Under the pieces are notes generated by a model. It saw only the letters and a program-made list of their open reading frames with translations. It did no database searches and had not been told where the DNA came from. A stretch of 40,520 nt of DNA. It comes from Octopus bimaculoides (lineage: Eukaryota). Positions 7,632 to 20,518 of this stretch are shown in pieces. The stretch is taken from assembly GCF_001194135.2 (NCBI RefSeq), contig NC_068991.1, positions 34,536,392 through 34,576,911 of the forward strand, read 5' to 3'. The number at the start of each line of letters is the position of its first letter. Position 1 is the first letter of the stretch. Made by a program: the position numbers and the translations under genes.

Positions 7632-10600
7632 ATGGAAGACCTATTAGTTTCCATGGTACAGTTGCAACAGAAACTACTACTACAACAAGAACAACAGAAA
7701 CAGCAACAACAAGTACAACAGCAACTACAACAACAACAACAGCAAAATCAACAGTTGTTGGAATTATTGTTGCAGTTCAGGTTCGTTTTCGGCAGATGGG
7801 GTTGCTAATTCAATTGAAGAATTTACTTATAATCCAGAAGAAAGGATAACGTTTTCTGCATACTTCAGAAGGTATGAAGGAATCTTCAAAGAAGAATGTA
7901 GAAACTGGACAGATGAAAAGAAGGTACGACTTCTTTTAAGATTATCTCCATCAGAACATTAAAAGTATTGTAATTACATCCTGCCAAGAAAACTATCCCA
8001 AATTTGTTTTAAGGAAATAATTAACCTGTTATCTAAAATATTCAGTGAAAGAAGTTCACTATTTAATATTCGCTGGGAGTGCTTAAATTTGAAAAGAAAA
8101 GAAACTAAAGATTTCGTCACGTATGCCGCAATTGTAAACAGAGAATGTGAAAAATTTAAACTAAACCAATTAACCCCGGACATGTTCAAATATCAAATCT
8201 TTGTACAAGGACTAACAGCAAGCAAAGATGCAGAGATACGGGATCGGATAGTGACAAAATTAGAACAAGATTCGAAACTAACTCAACAGGCAGTGGCTGA
8301 AGAATGTCAAAGGATTATAAATTTACGACAGGACGACACGTATGTGTCGACCTGTAACAGATAAGAAAAAGGAAAAACAACGGTCAAGACCCAAACCATG
8401 CTATGGGTGTGGAGAAATACATTTTAAAAGAAACTGTCCTTTTAAAAATCTAAAATGTTTCGGATGTGGAAAAATCGAACATAAGAAGTCACATTGATGG
8501 ATGAAACAAAAAAAGGTCGAATGCAAAAAATTCGAGAAAAAATGTATTGTCAACACAAATGCAAGACTGTAGTTAGACACAAGTAGTGATAATATGATAA
8601 TTAACGATGATTCATTGAGAAAAAAAAAAGTCTACATTGAAAATAAACTTCGAAAATTGCGCGAACAATTACGATTTAGGGGCGAAACGATAAGGTGACA
8701 TTTCGTGGAAAAACTTTGAAAGCTAAATTTTTGTATTAAAAAATACAACAAACCTATTTGGCACANNNNNNNNNNACCTCCCCATAAATACTTTTTGGTA
8801 ATAATGTAAATGGTTCTTACGCCAGTTCAAATAAAGCGTCGAAGGATTTAAAAAAGAAATTAAAGAAGATTTTTCCTGATATTTTTTTCTAAAGAATTAG
8901 ATAGGTGCACCAAGACAAAAGTAAAATTTCACGTGAAAGAAAACGCTGTACCGGTATTTAAACCGAAGCGAGCTGTACCTTTCGCGGTCAACGAGGAATT
9001 TGATAGATGTGAAAAGCTTGGAGTTATAGAAAAAATTGATTATTCAGAATCAGCATCACCAACTGTTTATGTGAAGAAAAAAAAAATACGAGCGTGCGCT
9101 GACTTTTCAATAGGCTTGAACGAATGTTTGATGACATACAGTTACTCATTACTAAGTCTGGAGGAAATTTTTGCAAAACTCAACGGAGGAAAATCTTTTT
9201 CAAAGTTGGATTTGTTGGAGGCCTATTTACAGTTACAAGTCAAGGAGGAATGTTTGAAATTATTAACGATAAACACCCATAAAGGTTTATATAAATTCAG
9301 TCGACTTCCTTTTGGGATAAAGGTAGCACCTAGTATTTTCCAACAGGTGATGGACACTATACTTGCAGATACAGATTTCGCTATAGCTTACTTGGATGAC
9401 ATACTCATAAAAAGTGAGTTTCGAGACCAGCATGACAAACATGTTAAAAAGGTCTTTGAAAGATTAAAGGCATATAAAAAAGAATAAAGGCAATAAAATA
9501 TATGCCTCCCCCGAAAAATATTACATTACAAACTATTACCAAACATATATACCAAATATGCATGAGCTAAGAGCACCCCTAAACAACCTATTGAAAAAAG
9601 ACGTTAAATGGTATTCGTTGGACAGGTGCCAAAAAGCGTTCAAAGAAATTTTAAAAGTTTTAACATCAGAACTGTCATTATCACACTAAGGCGGCGAGCT
9701 GGCAGAATCGTTAGCACACCGGGCGAAATGCTTAGCGGTATTTCGTCTGCCGTTACGTTCTGAGTTCAGATTCCGCCGAGGTCGACTTTGCCTTTCATCC
9801 TTTCGGGGTGGATAAAGTAAGTACCAGTTACGCATTGTAATCGACTTAATCCGTTCGTCTGTCCTTGTTTGTTCCCTCTATGTTTAGCCCCTTGTGGGAA
9901 ATAAGAACTGTCATTATCACACTTTGATCCAAATTTTAAAATAGTAGTAGCATCAGATGCTAGCGAAAGTAGTATAAGGGTAGCCTAAAACCCATTGCTC
10001 ATTGTTGGCGGCTGAAAAAAACTACAGCCAAATTGAGGAGGTGGCATTAGCCATTATTTTTGCGGTGAGAAAATTTCGCAAATTCATATATGGAAAGGAA
10101 TTCAGTCTGCAGACTTATCACCGCCCATTGTTGTCAATTTACAGATCAAAAAAGGGTATCACCACACATACAGCCAGTCGATTGCAGTGCTGGGGGATGA
10201 TCCTGCTAAATTAGGACTTTAAAATGGAATTTCCACCATCGAAAAAACTGGGATATGTGGATGGGCAATCAAGATTGATACCTAAATACTATGAACCATT
10301 AGAGGACACAGTAATAGCAGCACTAAAAGCTGAAATCGAAATAAAAAATATACTCTGCAATATAGTACACAAACTACCTGTCACTTTAGAGCAAATAAAA
10401 ATGAAAGCAGAGAAGGATGTGTTCATAATAGAAATGAAAAAAATAGTGAAGTCAGAAACAAATACAAAATCTCATGTAGCCGAGCGTAACACAGTTTCAA
10501 AATGGTATTTGAAATGTGATGACATACTTATGTACGCTCATAGGGTTGTAATACCTGTTTCTTTGCAAAATTGTATGCTAAAAGAATTCCATATGGGACA

Positions 10601-11561
10601 TCCAGGAATTGCGAGAATGAAAGCACTGATGAGGAGCTACGTCAACTGGCCGAATATGGATCAGGATATTGAAAAATTGGTGAAAGCCTGCAAGGTTGTG
10701 CCCTGGCAGCAAAAGCACCACCAATAAAAATTCAGCCTTGACCCGAGACTGACATATCTTGGTCCAGATTATACATAGACTTCGAAGGACTGTTAAATGG
10801 AGGGTATTATCTAACAGTTGTGGCTAGTTACACGAAATGACCGGAAATATGTAAATGTAGGAAGCCAACCTCTAAAGCAACAATGGAATTTCTGGACGAA
10901 ATTTTTTGTGCAATATGACGTCCCACACATTATAATGTCTGATAACAGAACACAGTTCACGTCGAAATAATTTTTAAACTTTTGCAAAATGCATGCAATG
11001 GAGCATACCATTCAAGATCAAATGGGCTAGCAGAACGTTTAAGAGGGCGCTGAAAAAATCTTGGAATGAGCTACTAGCTAATACTGCATTAACGCAATTC
11101 TTAAGTGTCTACCGAATAACGCCTAACCCCAACACCACTTCTGGTGTCGCCAGCTGAATTAATATTTGCCGGGAAAGTCAGGTCAGTGTTTGACAAATTA
11201 CTACCGGAAAGAAAAGAAAAGGTGGAGAGAAACACCGAAAATAAGATAAAATAGTTCAAAATCGGTGATGAGGTGTTTTTTTAAAATATACAAAAATGGA
11301 AAGGGAAGTTGGGAAGAAGGTATAATAAGTAAACGTTTAGGGAAAATAATGTACACAGTAAAAGGTTATACGTGTGAACACAAAAGACATTTAAACCAAC
11401 TAAACAAAAGGCTTACAGAAGAAAGAATAAGACACGAAGAACCAATGAAATTACTTTATGACATTTTTGACGTCCCGGTACCGCAAGGAATACTCAAACC
11501 AATGAGTGCATCGACTAGGAAAAGAAAACAAATAAAACTTTTGCAAGTAGAGCCAAAATGA
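7632..11561 (+). pseudogene. Gypsy gag-pol (gag, two CCHC knuckles, protease, RT, RNase H, integrase), many stops, frameshifts and deletions
   Basis: Gag FTYNPEERITFSAYFRRYE; knuckle CYGCGEIHFKRNC; protease remnant LDTSSD; RT FSKLDLLEAYLQL...RLPFGIKVAPSIFQQVMD...AYLDDILI; RNase H AEKNYSQIEEVALAIIFAV; integrase HMGHPGIARMKALMRSYVNWPNMDQDIE. Confidence 0.92.
9688..9903 (+). mobile_element. Young tRNA-derived SINE inserted in the Gypsy RT-RNase H region, 20-bp TSD
   Basis: AGAACTGTCATTATCACACT at 9668-9687 and 9904-9923. Head AAGGCGGCGAGCTGGCAGAATCGTTAGC, B-box-like GAGTTCAGATTCC, CpG-rich. Confidence 0.9.
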
Positions 11562-11665
11562 AAAAAAATTTCCAATTTCTTCCCAGGGAATTAAGTAAAA
11601 AAAAAAAAAAGTGTGAGAGAGGTGGTAATAAATATATGATAAAGAAAAGAAAAATCTTGATTTCC

Positions 11666-11679
11666 AAGGAAAGGGGAGA
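11666..11679 (+). other. Polypurine tract AAGGAAAGGGGAGA
   Basis: Directly abuts the 3' LTR start TGTTGTGG at 11680. Confidence 0.85.
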
Positions 11680-11769
11680 TGTTGTGGTGAAATCCTGACA
11701 CCCCTGTGGGACAGCAAGTAAACTGTCTTAAACCTTATAAAGGTGCATGCGTACTGACAGTGTGCTGTG

Positions 11770-13430
11770 TTTTTGAGTTGAGTTGTGATTTTGATTGAAG
11801 AATGCATTGCGGTGAGTCGGAGTTTTTGTTGTTGAAAGAATATTGTTGAAGATATCGTTATTGTTGAACTTTGTTGAATAATTTTTGCTGTAATACTCAT
11901 TGTGGGTATGAATACACCAAGTTACACTGCGGCAGCAGGCAAAAGCCTGTCTGCCAATGCTATGGAAATGACAGAGATTAAAACGGACATGAAGAAAATT
12001 CTAAGCCATAAAAAATTAATTGCGAAAGAAGGTGACTGCCTTAGGGTAACTCCTCCTAAAGAGGACACGCAACGTGCAGAGAAAAAATTGATAGTGTACA
12101 AAACACTGAATGTGGAAAGGAGAAAAAATTGAAATAGCAGCGACAGAAGAAATAGAGGAGTGTCTTAGCCAAATAAAGGATATGACAACATTCTATTTTA
12201 GAGGAAGAAAATTTGGCACAGTGGAGGTGCGTTTCAGAAATGAGGAAGAGGCGAAAAGGTACGCCATGGTAGCCTTAAGAACTGAAAAATGGGCACTCTT
12301 GCCAACTTACTGCGGCAAACGTGCCACAAGAATAAGAAATGGCAGAATGCCTCCAGAAATGAATGAGGAATGGCTGGTGGCAGCCATCATTTATAATTGT
12401 AAAGAAGTGGAAGTGGTGAAGGTGGAAAAGTCGAAAGAGATTAACTGGTAGGGATTTGGATTAGAAGTTCTAATCCATGTATCACTACCGGATCTGCATA
12501 ACATCGCGGAAGAGTTGGTGCTCCCCAATGACACCCGACTGAGGGTCGTGGTGGAGGGGAGGCCACCTGTATGCTACAAATGTAGAAGTAGGGGACACAT
12601 GCAGGCGGTGTGTCCCCGAAGAGAGGTACAGGTAGAAGAGACAGAGGTCAGCGTAGAAGAAATGGTGGAATGCGAAAGAAAGGTGGAAGAATAACAACAG
12701 GTGGAAGATGTGGAGGAAACTGCAATGGAGAGAAAGAGAGCACGGACCAAATCACCACCAAAGAATTCAAGTAAAAAGAAAGGGGAAAAGAAGACAGTGG
12801 AGGAAGAGGAAAATATAGAGATTTGAACCCAAGAACCCGAGGATACAGATAAATATGCAAGAGAATCGGAAAGAGCGGTGAAAATTGAAGAGTGGGAGAG
12901 GAAAGTAGAAGAAAGGATGTACGAAGCAATGATATTCGAGACTCTGATAAGAAAACATTACCGTACGTTAATGTACTATGAAAAAGATATAGAGATTGAA
13001 AAAAAGATATCGCAGATAAAGGGGCTGTAAGAGTAAGGATGGATCCGGTGATAATCGAAGGATATGATAAAGCTGCACTGGTAGAAGAGAGTGTGGTGAA
13101 GAGACTGGAAGAGATATACCCGAAAAAAATTGTAGCAAGTGGGCTATATGTGCGATACAATAATCTGCCGAAAGTTATAACGCCAGAGGAGTTATTGCCA
13201 TATATAACGATTGCAGAATAAAAATATCTCAAAACTGTATAAGAACTGTATGAAAAGAACAGTCAAATGAAGCTGCGATTTTTTTCGGGGGTGGGGTGTG
13301 TGCTTGTAAGCCATTTCATCAATTCATTGTAATTCATCATTCGTTCTATGTACCCCACGTTTTGTATCGTAGTGTCTGTCCTTGTAGTGTCCCCCTCTGT
13401 GTTCAGGCCGTAGTGCCTAATAAAGAGATA
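11770..13430 (+). mobile_element. ORF1-only Tx1-related element B (HAL1-like) in the 3' LTR
   Basis: Flanked by ACAGTGTGCTGTG (11757-11769) and ACAGTGTGGTGTG (13433-13445). 3' UTR motif TCTGTCCTTGTAGTGTCCCCCTC at 13375-13397, AATAAA at 13419-13424. Ends AATAAAGAGATA like element A. Confidence 0.7.
11908..13221 (+). pseudogene. Tx1-type ORF1 (RRM-like + intact CCHC knuckle + C-terminal domain), disrupted
   Basis: MNTPSYTAAAGK...FYFRGRKFGTVEVRF...LLPTYCGKRATRIR...VVEGRPPVCYKCRSRGHMQAVCP (knuckle 12572-12613)...YNNLPKVITPEELLPYITIAE*. Confidence 0.78.
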
Positions 13431-13584
13431 GTACAGTGTGGTGTGTACAATCGCATTTGTGAAGGCAATCATAGAAGTCATTGAGAAGAGATATAAGTTT
13501 GTTACATGTTTGTTACTGATTAAGTTTCTGTAGTGTTATAACACTGTTACAGTGTAGTCTATATCCAAGCTTAAGGATATAAGA

Positions 13585-15440
13585 ACTGGTCTGTCAGTCC
13601 AGCGTTCGTTTACACCATCTGATGGCATCTCCAGATGCCCAGTCGCAAGTCCGACTTCTCGACGCTGATTTTGGCCCCTTCTGTCAACTCAAATTCCATC
13701 TTCATTTTGGAGGCGTCCAACACCATGATGGTGACATCGTCTGCATATTGCCAACACTGCATGAGAATGTGCCAGTTCAAAAGAGATGCCCCTCAATTGT
13801 TCCAACTTCCGTAACAGTGGTTCAAGAACCAGCACATACAGAAGAGGTGACAAAGGGCATCCCTGACTGACTGAGTATGTGATGCTAAACGATTCCGATA
13901 GATGGCGGTTTACTTTAACCCCTGAGCAGGTGCTGCTGTGCATTGCAGTGATCCAGCCTCTGAAAACAGGTCTGGAACCAGCCGCTTTAAGGACGGCTTC
14001 CAAGTAGCAATAGTCAACTCTATCAAATGCTATCGATTGATCCAAATTGATCAGGGCCCCACCGAAGCCAGCTTTAGTCCCAGCCCTCTCTATGATGAAT
14101 CAATGTATCATATAAGGTGGAGGTTGTCGTGGATAGACCTGTTCAAGATTGCACATTTTTGTGCTTTCCCTACTAGGCTACCAATGACAAGCCCCAACCT
14201 TTTCACTAAAACCTTGGCCAAAATTTTAAACTCTATGTTTAGCAGAAAATCCACATGTAGCACATGCCTATCTCGATTCATCAAAGACCGGATTGTGGTT
14301 TTGTTGCCATGTTGCGTCTCCACAATTCAGGCCAATCAGACAGCTTCAGTTCCCTCATGTTTTAGTGCATGGTCCTTAGCTCTGGCAACGCATCCTTCGT
14401 GTTTTGCCTCCAAGAAATGGTCAAGAGTCTTTCTCGCTGCTAACACATTAGTGGTGATGCCTTTACTAATCGCCTCTTCTGGTTTGCTATCCAAAGTCAA
14501 TTTAGATAGGACTCATAGACAGCGACCTGGTTACTAAACTATTTCCTTCTATTGCTAACTCTTTGCTAAATGCTATCGATTCTGCTCTAATCACCCTCTT
14601 CAGGGCTATCTACTACTGGTTGTTAACGATACCCCCCCCCCATCAACTGCCACTTAACTAGTTTGCCAATCTGGTCCCTGTAGTCTTTATGTTCTGGAAA
14701 GGACACGTTCAGCTTCCAGTAACCAGGTTGCTGTCTATGAGTCCTATCTAAATTGACTGCAGATCACAAATTTATGGTCTGTGAAGCTGATCAATTTGAA
14801 TTGTGGACACCCTATGCTATCCCTATCTGCTGACCTAACAAATACTCTATTTAGATACAATCTGGATGACCCATTGTGGTTGTTCCATGTCCACACTAGC
14901 ATATCAGGTAAATCCGGTTGATACCTGTCAGACAGCTGGAAGTTTCTAAGCAGGTTTTCGAGGCTTTTACACCCGTTTCTTCTATGTACAAGACTCGCAC
15001 AGTCCTTCTGCACCTCCAAAATACTATTCCAGTTCTCAACTAATACTAAAGTGCGAGATGTTCCCAGGAATGTTTCTAGACGCCTGAAGAAATCTGGCCT
15101 TCCAGCCCCCTTTGGGGCATACATGGCCACCAATCTAAAGGCACCATCTTCACTGCCATTCACATCTATGACTACCAACCTACCATCCAGGTCCAAGAAG
15201 ACTACCCTTATTTTGAGACCTAAGGATTTTTAGAATAACATTGCTACACTGCCGCCCCCTCCCCACGGACCACAAGGTGAGAATACCTCATAATCTTTGA
15301 AAATGGATGCTAGAGCATGTTTCCCAGAAATTTTTGTCTCACTAATTGCTGTCACATCTAAATTAAGGGATCTGAGATCGTTGAGCAAGTGACCCTGCTT
15401 CCAAACCGAATCCAGGCACATTTACACAGTCAACTCTAAG
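13585..15440 (-). pseudogene. Tx1-type LINE ORF2: APE endonuclease and RT (5' part), decayed
   Basis: EN: LNLDVTAISETK, FRLVAMYAPKG, LVLVENWN, WTWNNHNGSSRLYLNRVFV. RT: DFLLNIEFKILAKVLVKRL, LDQSIAFDRVD, SVSQGCPLSPLLYVLVLEPLL, YADDVT. Confidence 0.9.
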
Positions 15441-15479
15441 TATAGAGACAAAAAGATGGAGTTACATACCTTGGTCTTC

Positions 15480-16740
<1,261 letters not shown>

Positions 16741-16759
16741 GAGCAGCTGTCTGGCTTCC

Positions 16760-17140
16760 ATGCTAGTGGCTCGTAAATAGCACCATTTGAGCGCAATCGT
16801 TACCAGCGTTGCCTTCTAGCACTTGTGCCAGTGGTACGTTAGAAAAATCATTCGAGCGAGGTCGTTGCCAGTGTCGCAGGAATGGCTCCTGTGCAGGTGG
16901 CACGTAAAAAACACCATTTTGAGCGTGGCCGTTGCCAGTACCGTGTGACTGGCCCTCGTACCGGTGGCACGCAAAAGCACCCACTACACTCTCGGAGTGG
17001 TTGATGTTAGGAAGGGCATCCAGTTGTAGAAACTCTGCCAGATCAGATTGGAGCCTGGTGCAGCCTTCTGGCTTGCCAGTCCTCAGTCAAATTGTCCAAC
17101 CCATGCTAGCATGGAAAGCAGACATTAAACGATGATGATG
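16760..17140 (+). mobile_element. SINE with RTE-type tail ending ...CATGCTAGCATGGAAAGCAGACATTAAACGATGATGATG
   Basis: The same tail recurs on the minus strand at ~22680-22895, ~31765-31930, ~36565-36720 and 40332-40520. Confidence 0.7.
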
Positions 17141-17404
17141 TATATTTAAATGTAAATGTTATAATTACTAAATCTTTCTAAAGGATACAGCAGCAGTTCT
17201 GGGTATTAATATTTATTGCCAAACTAATGTGGCAGCCCAGAGAAATAGGACGAATGCTGCTGTTGATTAGCTCCGAGAGGCGATCACCCCTAGCTAGCTA
17301 TATAACGCATGATGTATGGATATATATATGTATGTATGTATATATGTATGTATATATTTATGTATATATATGTGTGTATATATATATATATATTTATGTT
17401 ACAT

Positions 17405-18050
17405 GACACTGCTTTCCCCCATCCCAGGGTGACACAGGCCCACTCCTCTGACACCCACTCCACCCACACTGTCAGAATTGGCACTCTCAACGTCGGCACG
17501 CTGAAAGGTAGGTCTGGTGAGATTGTTGAGATGCTTGCACGGTGTCGGGTAGATTTGTGCTGCATCCAAGAAGTAAGATGGAGAGGAGGTTTCCGCAAGG
17601 TTCCTCACAGGCAAAGAACACAGGTACAAGGTTTTCTGGGCAGGGAACACTTACGGGGTCGGGGGCGTGGGAATACTCCTAGCAGAGAAATAGGTTGATA
17701 AGGTAATTGAGGTAGTCAGAATATGTGACAGAGTACTTAAGATTAGACTAGTGCTTCATCATAGGTTAGCTTCCGTCATCTCGGCCTATGCCCCTCAACA
17801 GGGGCTACTGGATGGGCAGAAAGACCAATTCTATGACACCCTCCTGCATCAAGGCAAAAAGGACGCCCAGAAGTAGACCGGTTTGGAGGAGAAGGGTTTG
17901 GAAGCTTAAAGATCCTGCAAATGGACAGAGATTTAGAGACATACTACTTGAAGCATTTGACGAAATAGATAGCATCATAAAACGTGGAAGACAACTGGAG
18001 GTTTCTACGGGACAGCCTTCTGTGAGCCACCGACCAGATTTGTGGCTGGT
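17405..18050 (+). mobile_element. RTE-clade LINE 5' fragment (APE endonuclease), decayed
   Basis: VRIGTLNVGTLKGRSGEIVEMLARCRVDLCCIQEVRWRGG ... GVGGVGILLAEK ... VISAYAPQQGL ... KDQFYDTLL. Confidence 0.85.
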
Positions 18051-18177
18051 GTAAAGTCCCCTCTCGACCCAAAGTAANNNNNNNNNNNNNNNNNNNNNNN
18101 NNNNNNNNNNNNNNNNNNNNNNNNNNNNNNNNNNNNNNNNNNNNNNNNNNNNNNNNNNNNNNNNNNNNNNNNNNNNN

Positions 18178-19882
18178 AACCTCGCCAACACTTTGTACAT
18201 GGAACAAATAGTACTCCAACCAACCAGATTTCCGCTTCACAAGTAATATGGATCTCATCCATAATGTGCAAGTGACACCGATGCTACTCTTGGATCACAA
18301 CATGGTAGAGCTGACCATGTATCGACCAAAGGAAACCATGGACATGCAGCCTACAAGAAACTCTCAGAATCTTTCCAATTTGAACTTCCATAAGGCAAAC
18401 TGTAAACAAATTGAGAAAGAGATCCTCAAACAAAACTGGCCTAAATGTCTCTCCTCACCGGACATCGACATGAAACTTCAACAATTTATGTCTGTAATGC
18501 AAGCCATATGCTACAAATGTGTCCCAGAGAGAAAGGCCACTGTACACAAGAACAAAATCCCCAGGGAGAGGAAAATTCTTATGAGACGGCGTACAAAGGT
18601 TTCAAATTGCCTAAACAAACAAATTGAAAGCAGTGAAAAGTCCCACCTGAAAATACAACTGCTGGAGATTGAAAAAAATCTGCAACTTTCCCATGAAAAA
18701 GAAAGAGCAGACAAAGAAGCCTGGGCTATAGACAATATAAAATCTAACCCCAGAGTTTTCCACAAATNNNNNNNNNNTGGCCAAAGAAACAGCTTCAGTG
18801 CACTGCAGGATAGGGCCACTCCTTGAAAAAGATGGTGCACTCACAGGAAACCCAAGGAGGATAAGTGAAATACTAAATGAGCAATTCAAAAGTGTTTTCA
18901 CTCCACCCCTAGAGTACTAGTTATGCAGATGATACAAAAGTCTCACAGGTAATACAGAACCCTGAAGACACTATGCACCTGCAATGTGAGCTGGATGAAA
19001 TATACAAGTGGGCTGAAAAGAATAACATGCAATTTAATGCTGAAAAGTTTCAAGCCTTGTGCTATCAGCATGCAAAACTAAATGTAGTACCCATTAAATA
19101 CACTGGACCTGGAGGGATTGCAATCCCAGAAGTACAGTCAGTGCGAGACCTGGGCATTTACATGAGTAATAATGCATCCTTTCATGTTCATGTTGCTAAA
19201 TTGTCAATGAAATGCAGGCGACTGACCAGATGGATTCTTAGAACTTTTAGAACAAGAGATCAGGAAACCATGATGGTCTTCTGGATGACACTTGTTCTAA
19301 GCCACTTTGACTATTGCTCTCAGCTATGGTCACTAACCAGTGTCAAATTAATCTCAGAACTTGAGGCAATCCAACAAAGCTACATGAAGAAGATATGCAG
19401 CATATAAGCTATTGAGAAAGACTCAAGAGATTAAGACTCTATTCCTTAGAGCATAGGCGAGAAAGATATGCCATAATATACATCTGGAAGATCCTCGAAG
19501 GAATTGACCCAAACTTTGGCATTGAAAGTTACACAAATAAAAGAACTGGACGCCATTGCATAGTGCCAAGGACTCCAAATTTGCCATCAAGATGTAGGAC
19601 AAGATACTGCAATAGCCTGGGCTTCAGAGGTCCACAGCTCTTCAATATCCTCCTGAAGGACCTAAGAGACCTGCATGGGGCGGATGTAGGTATCTTCAAG
19701 ATGAGGTTGGACCTCTTCCTGTCAGGTGTCCCAGATGAACCAACTTCACGGCAGGAGGTGCAGATGAGGGCAGCTGCATCAAACTCTCTCATGCACCAAA
19801 TGTCAATTCCTGAAGTAAAATTTGTGAAGTAAAATTGTGTAGCAACACCAAATGGCAGGGCCCCAGCTCATGAGCTGAAACT

Positions 19883-19885
<3 letters not shown>
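18178..19885 (+). mobile_element. CR1-group LINE 3' part with a large internal RT deletion
   Basis: LDHNMVEL...NFHKANCKQIEKEI...IDNIKSNPRVFHK...SEILNEQFKSVF jumps near 18910 straight to SYADDTKV, then LQCELDEIYKWAEKNNMQFNAEKFQAL, VRDLGIYMS, VLSHFDYCSQLWS. 3' tail GCCCCAGCTCATGAGCTGAAAC. Confidence 0.88.
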
Positions 19886-19920
<35 letters not shown>

Positions 19921-20020
19921 ATTCAGATGAATTATGTACTTATGTTGAGGCAGCAGAATTTAGTACGGTATTATCCATACAGTTTCAAAATAAAGTGATT
20001 AGAATGAAAATAAGCAACAG

Positions 20021-20388
20021 GATATCCAGAGGTAATGCAGTATGAGCATTACAAGTGACTCCATTTAATTGAACAATGCAGCCATTACATCAATTTAAAT
20101 GCAAAGCAATCTTAATGGTCACATTAGTATAATTTTACCTAAAACCTCCAAGAGGGTAAGGAGATAGACAAAGAACATGCTGTCTTCACTTCAGCTTCTT
20201 TGTCTATCTCCTTACCTTCTTGGAGGTTTTAGGTAAAATTATGCTTATGTGTCTATCTGTTTTAATTTAATTTAATTCTATGTATTTATACAGCTGAGGA
20301 TTGCTCTGCCTTTAATTGATGTAATGGTTGCATTGTTCAATTAAATGGAGTCATTTGAAACGATCGTATTGCATTACTTCTGGATATC
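20021..20388. repeat. Foldback/hairpin element with outer (~92 bp) and inner (47 bp) inverted arms
   Basis: Outer arms 20021-20112 and ~20295-20388. Inner arms 20129-20175 and 20196-20242 are 46/47 complementary. Confidence 0.85.
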
Positions 20389-20518
20389 TTTATTATTTTG
20401 ATTATATATATATATATTATTAATAAATATCAGGGTAGGAAAAATTTTAGAAATTTTTACTACCTGTGGCCTAGCATGTAGAAACTAGTCAATAGACTAT
20501 ATATCATTCATATAAATA

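Larger units (their letters stand above)
5701..13584 (+). mobile_element. Gypsy/Ty3 LTR retrotransposon (decayed), inserted into Tx1 ORF2
   Basis: TSD ACTGG at 5696-5700 and 13585-13589 (6-bp AACTGG equally possible). Both LTRs start TGTTGTGGTGAAATCCTGACACCCCTGTGGG and end GGATATAAGA. PBS at 7591, PPT at 11666-11679, gag-pol remnants between. Confidence 0.92.
11680..13584 (+). repeat. 3' LTR region: ~229-bp LTR (11680-11769 + 13446-13584) interrupted by a ~1660-bp insert
   Basis: Ends match the 5' LTR at about 85-95% identity. The interior carries a different ORF1-like element. Confidence 0.85.

Noticed and set aside
7660-7760. Poly-glutamine ORF suggesting a host transcription factor
   Set aside because: It follows the PBS and continues into recognisable Gypsy gag; it is a CAA/CAG expansion in gag.
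5701-13584. Reading the two 1.9-kb repeats as ordinary long LTRs that each encode an accessory gene
   Set aside because: Reverse transcription would homogenise them, yet the interiors align only as protein while the ends are about 85-95% identical. The 13-bp direct repeats, the LINE-type 3' motif and the AATAAA ends fit insertions better. Not fully excluded; kept as the alternative in the top finding.
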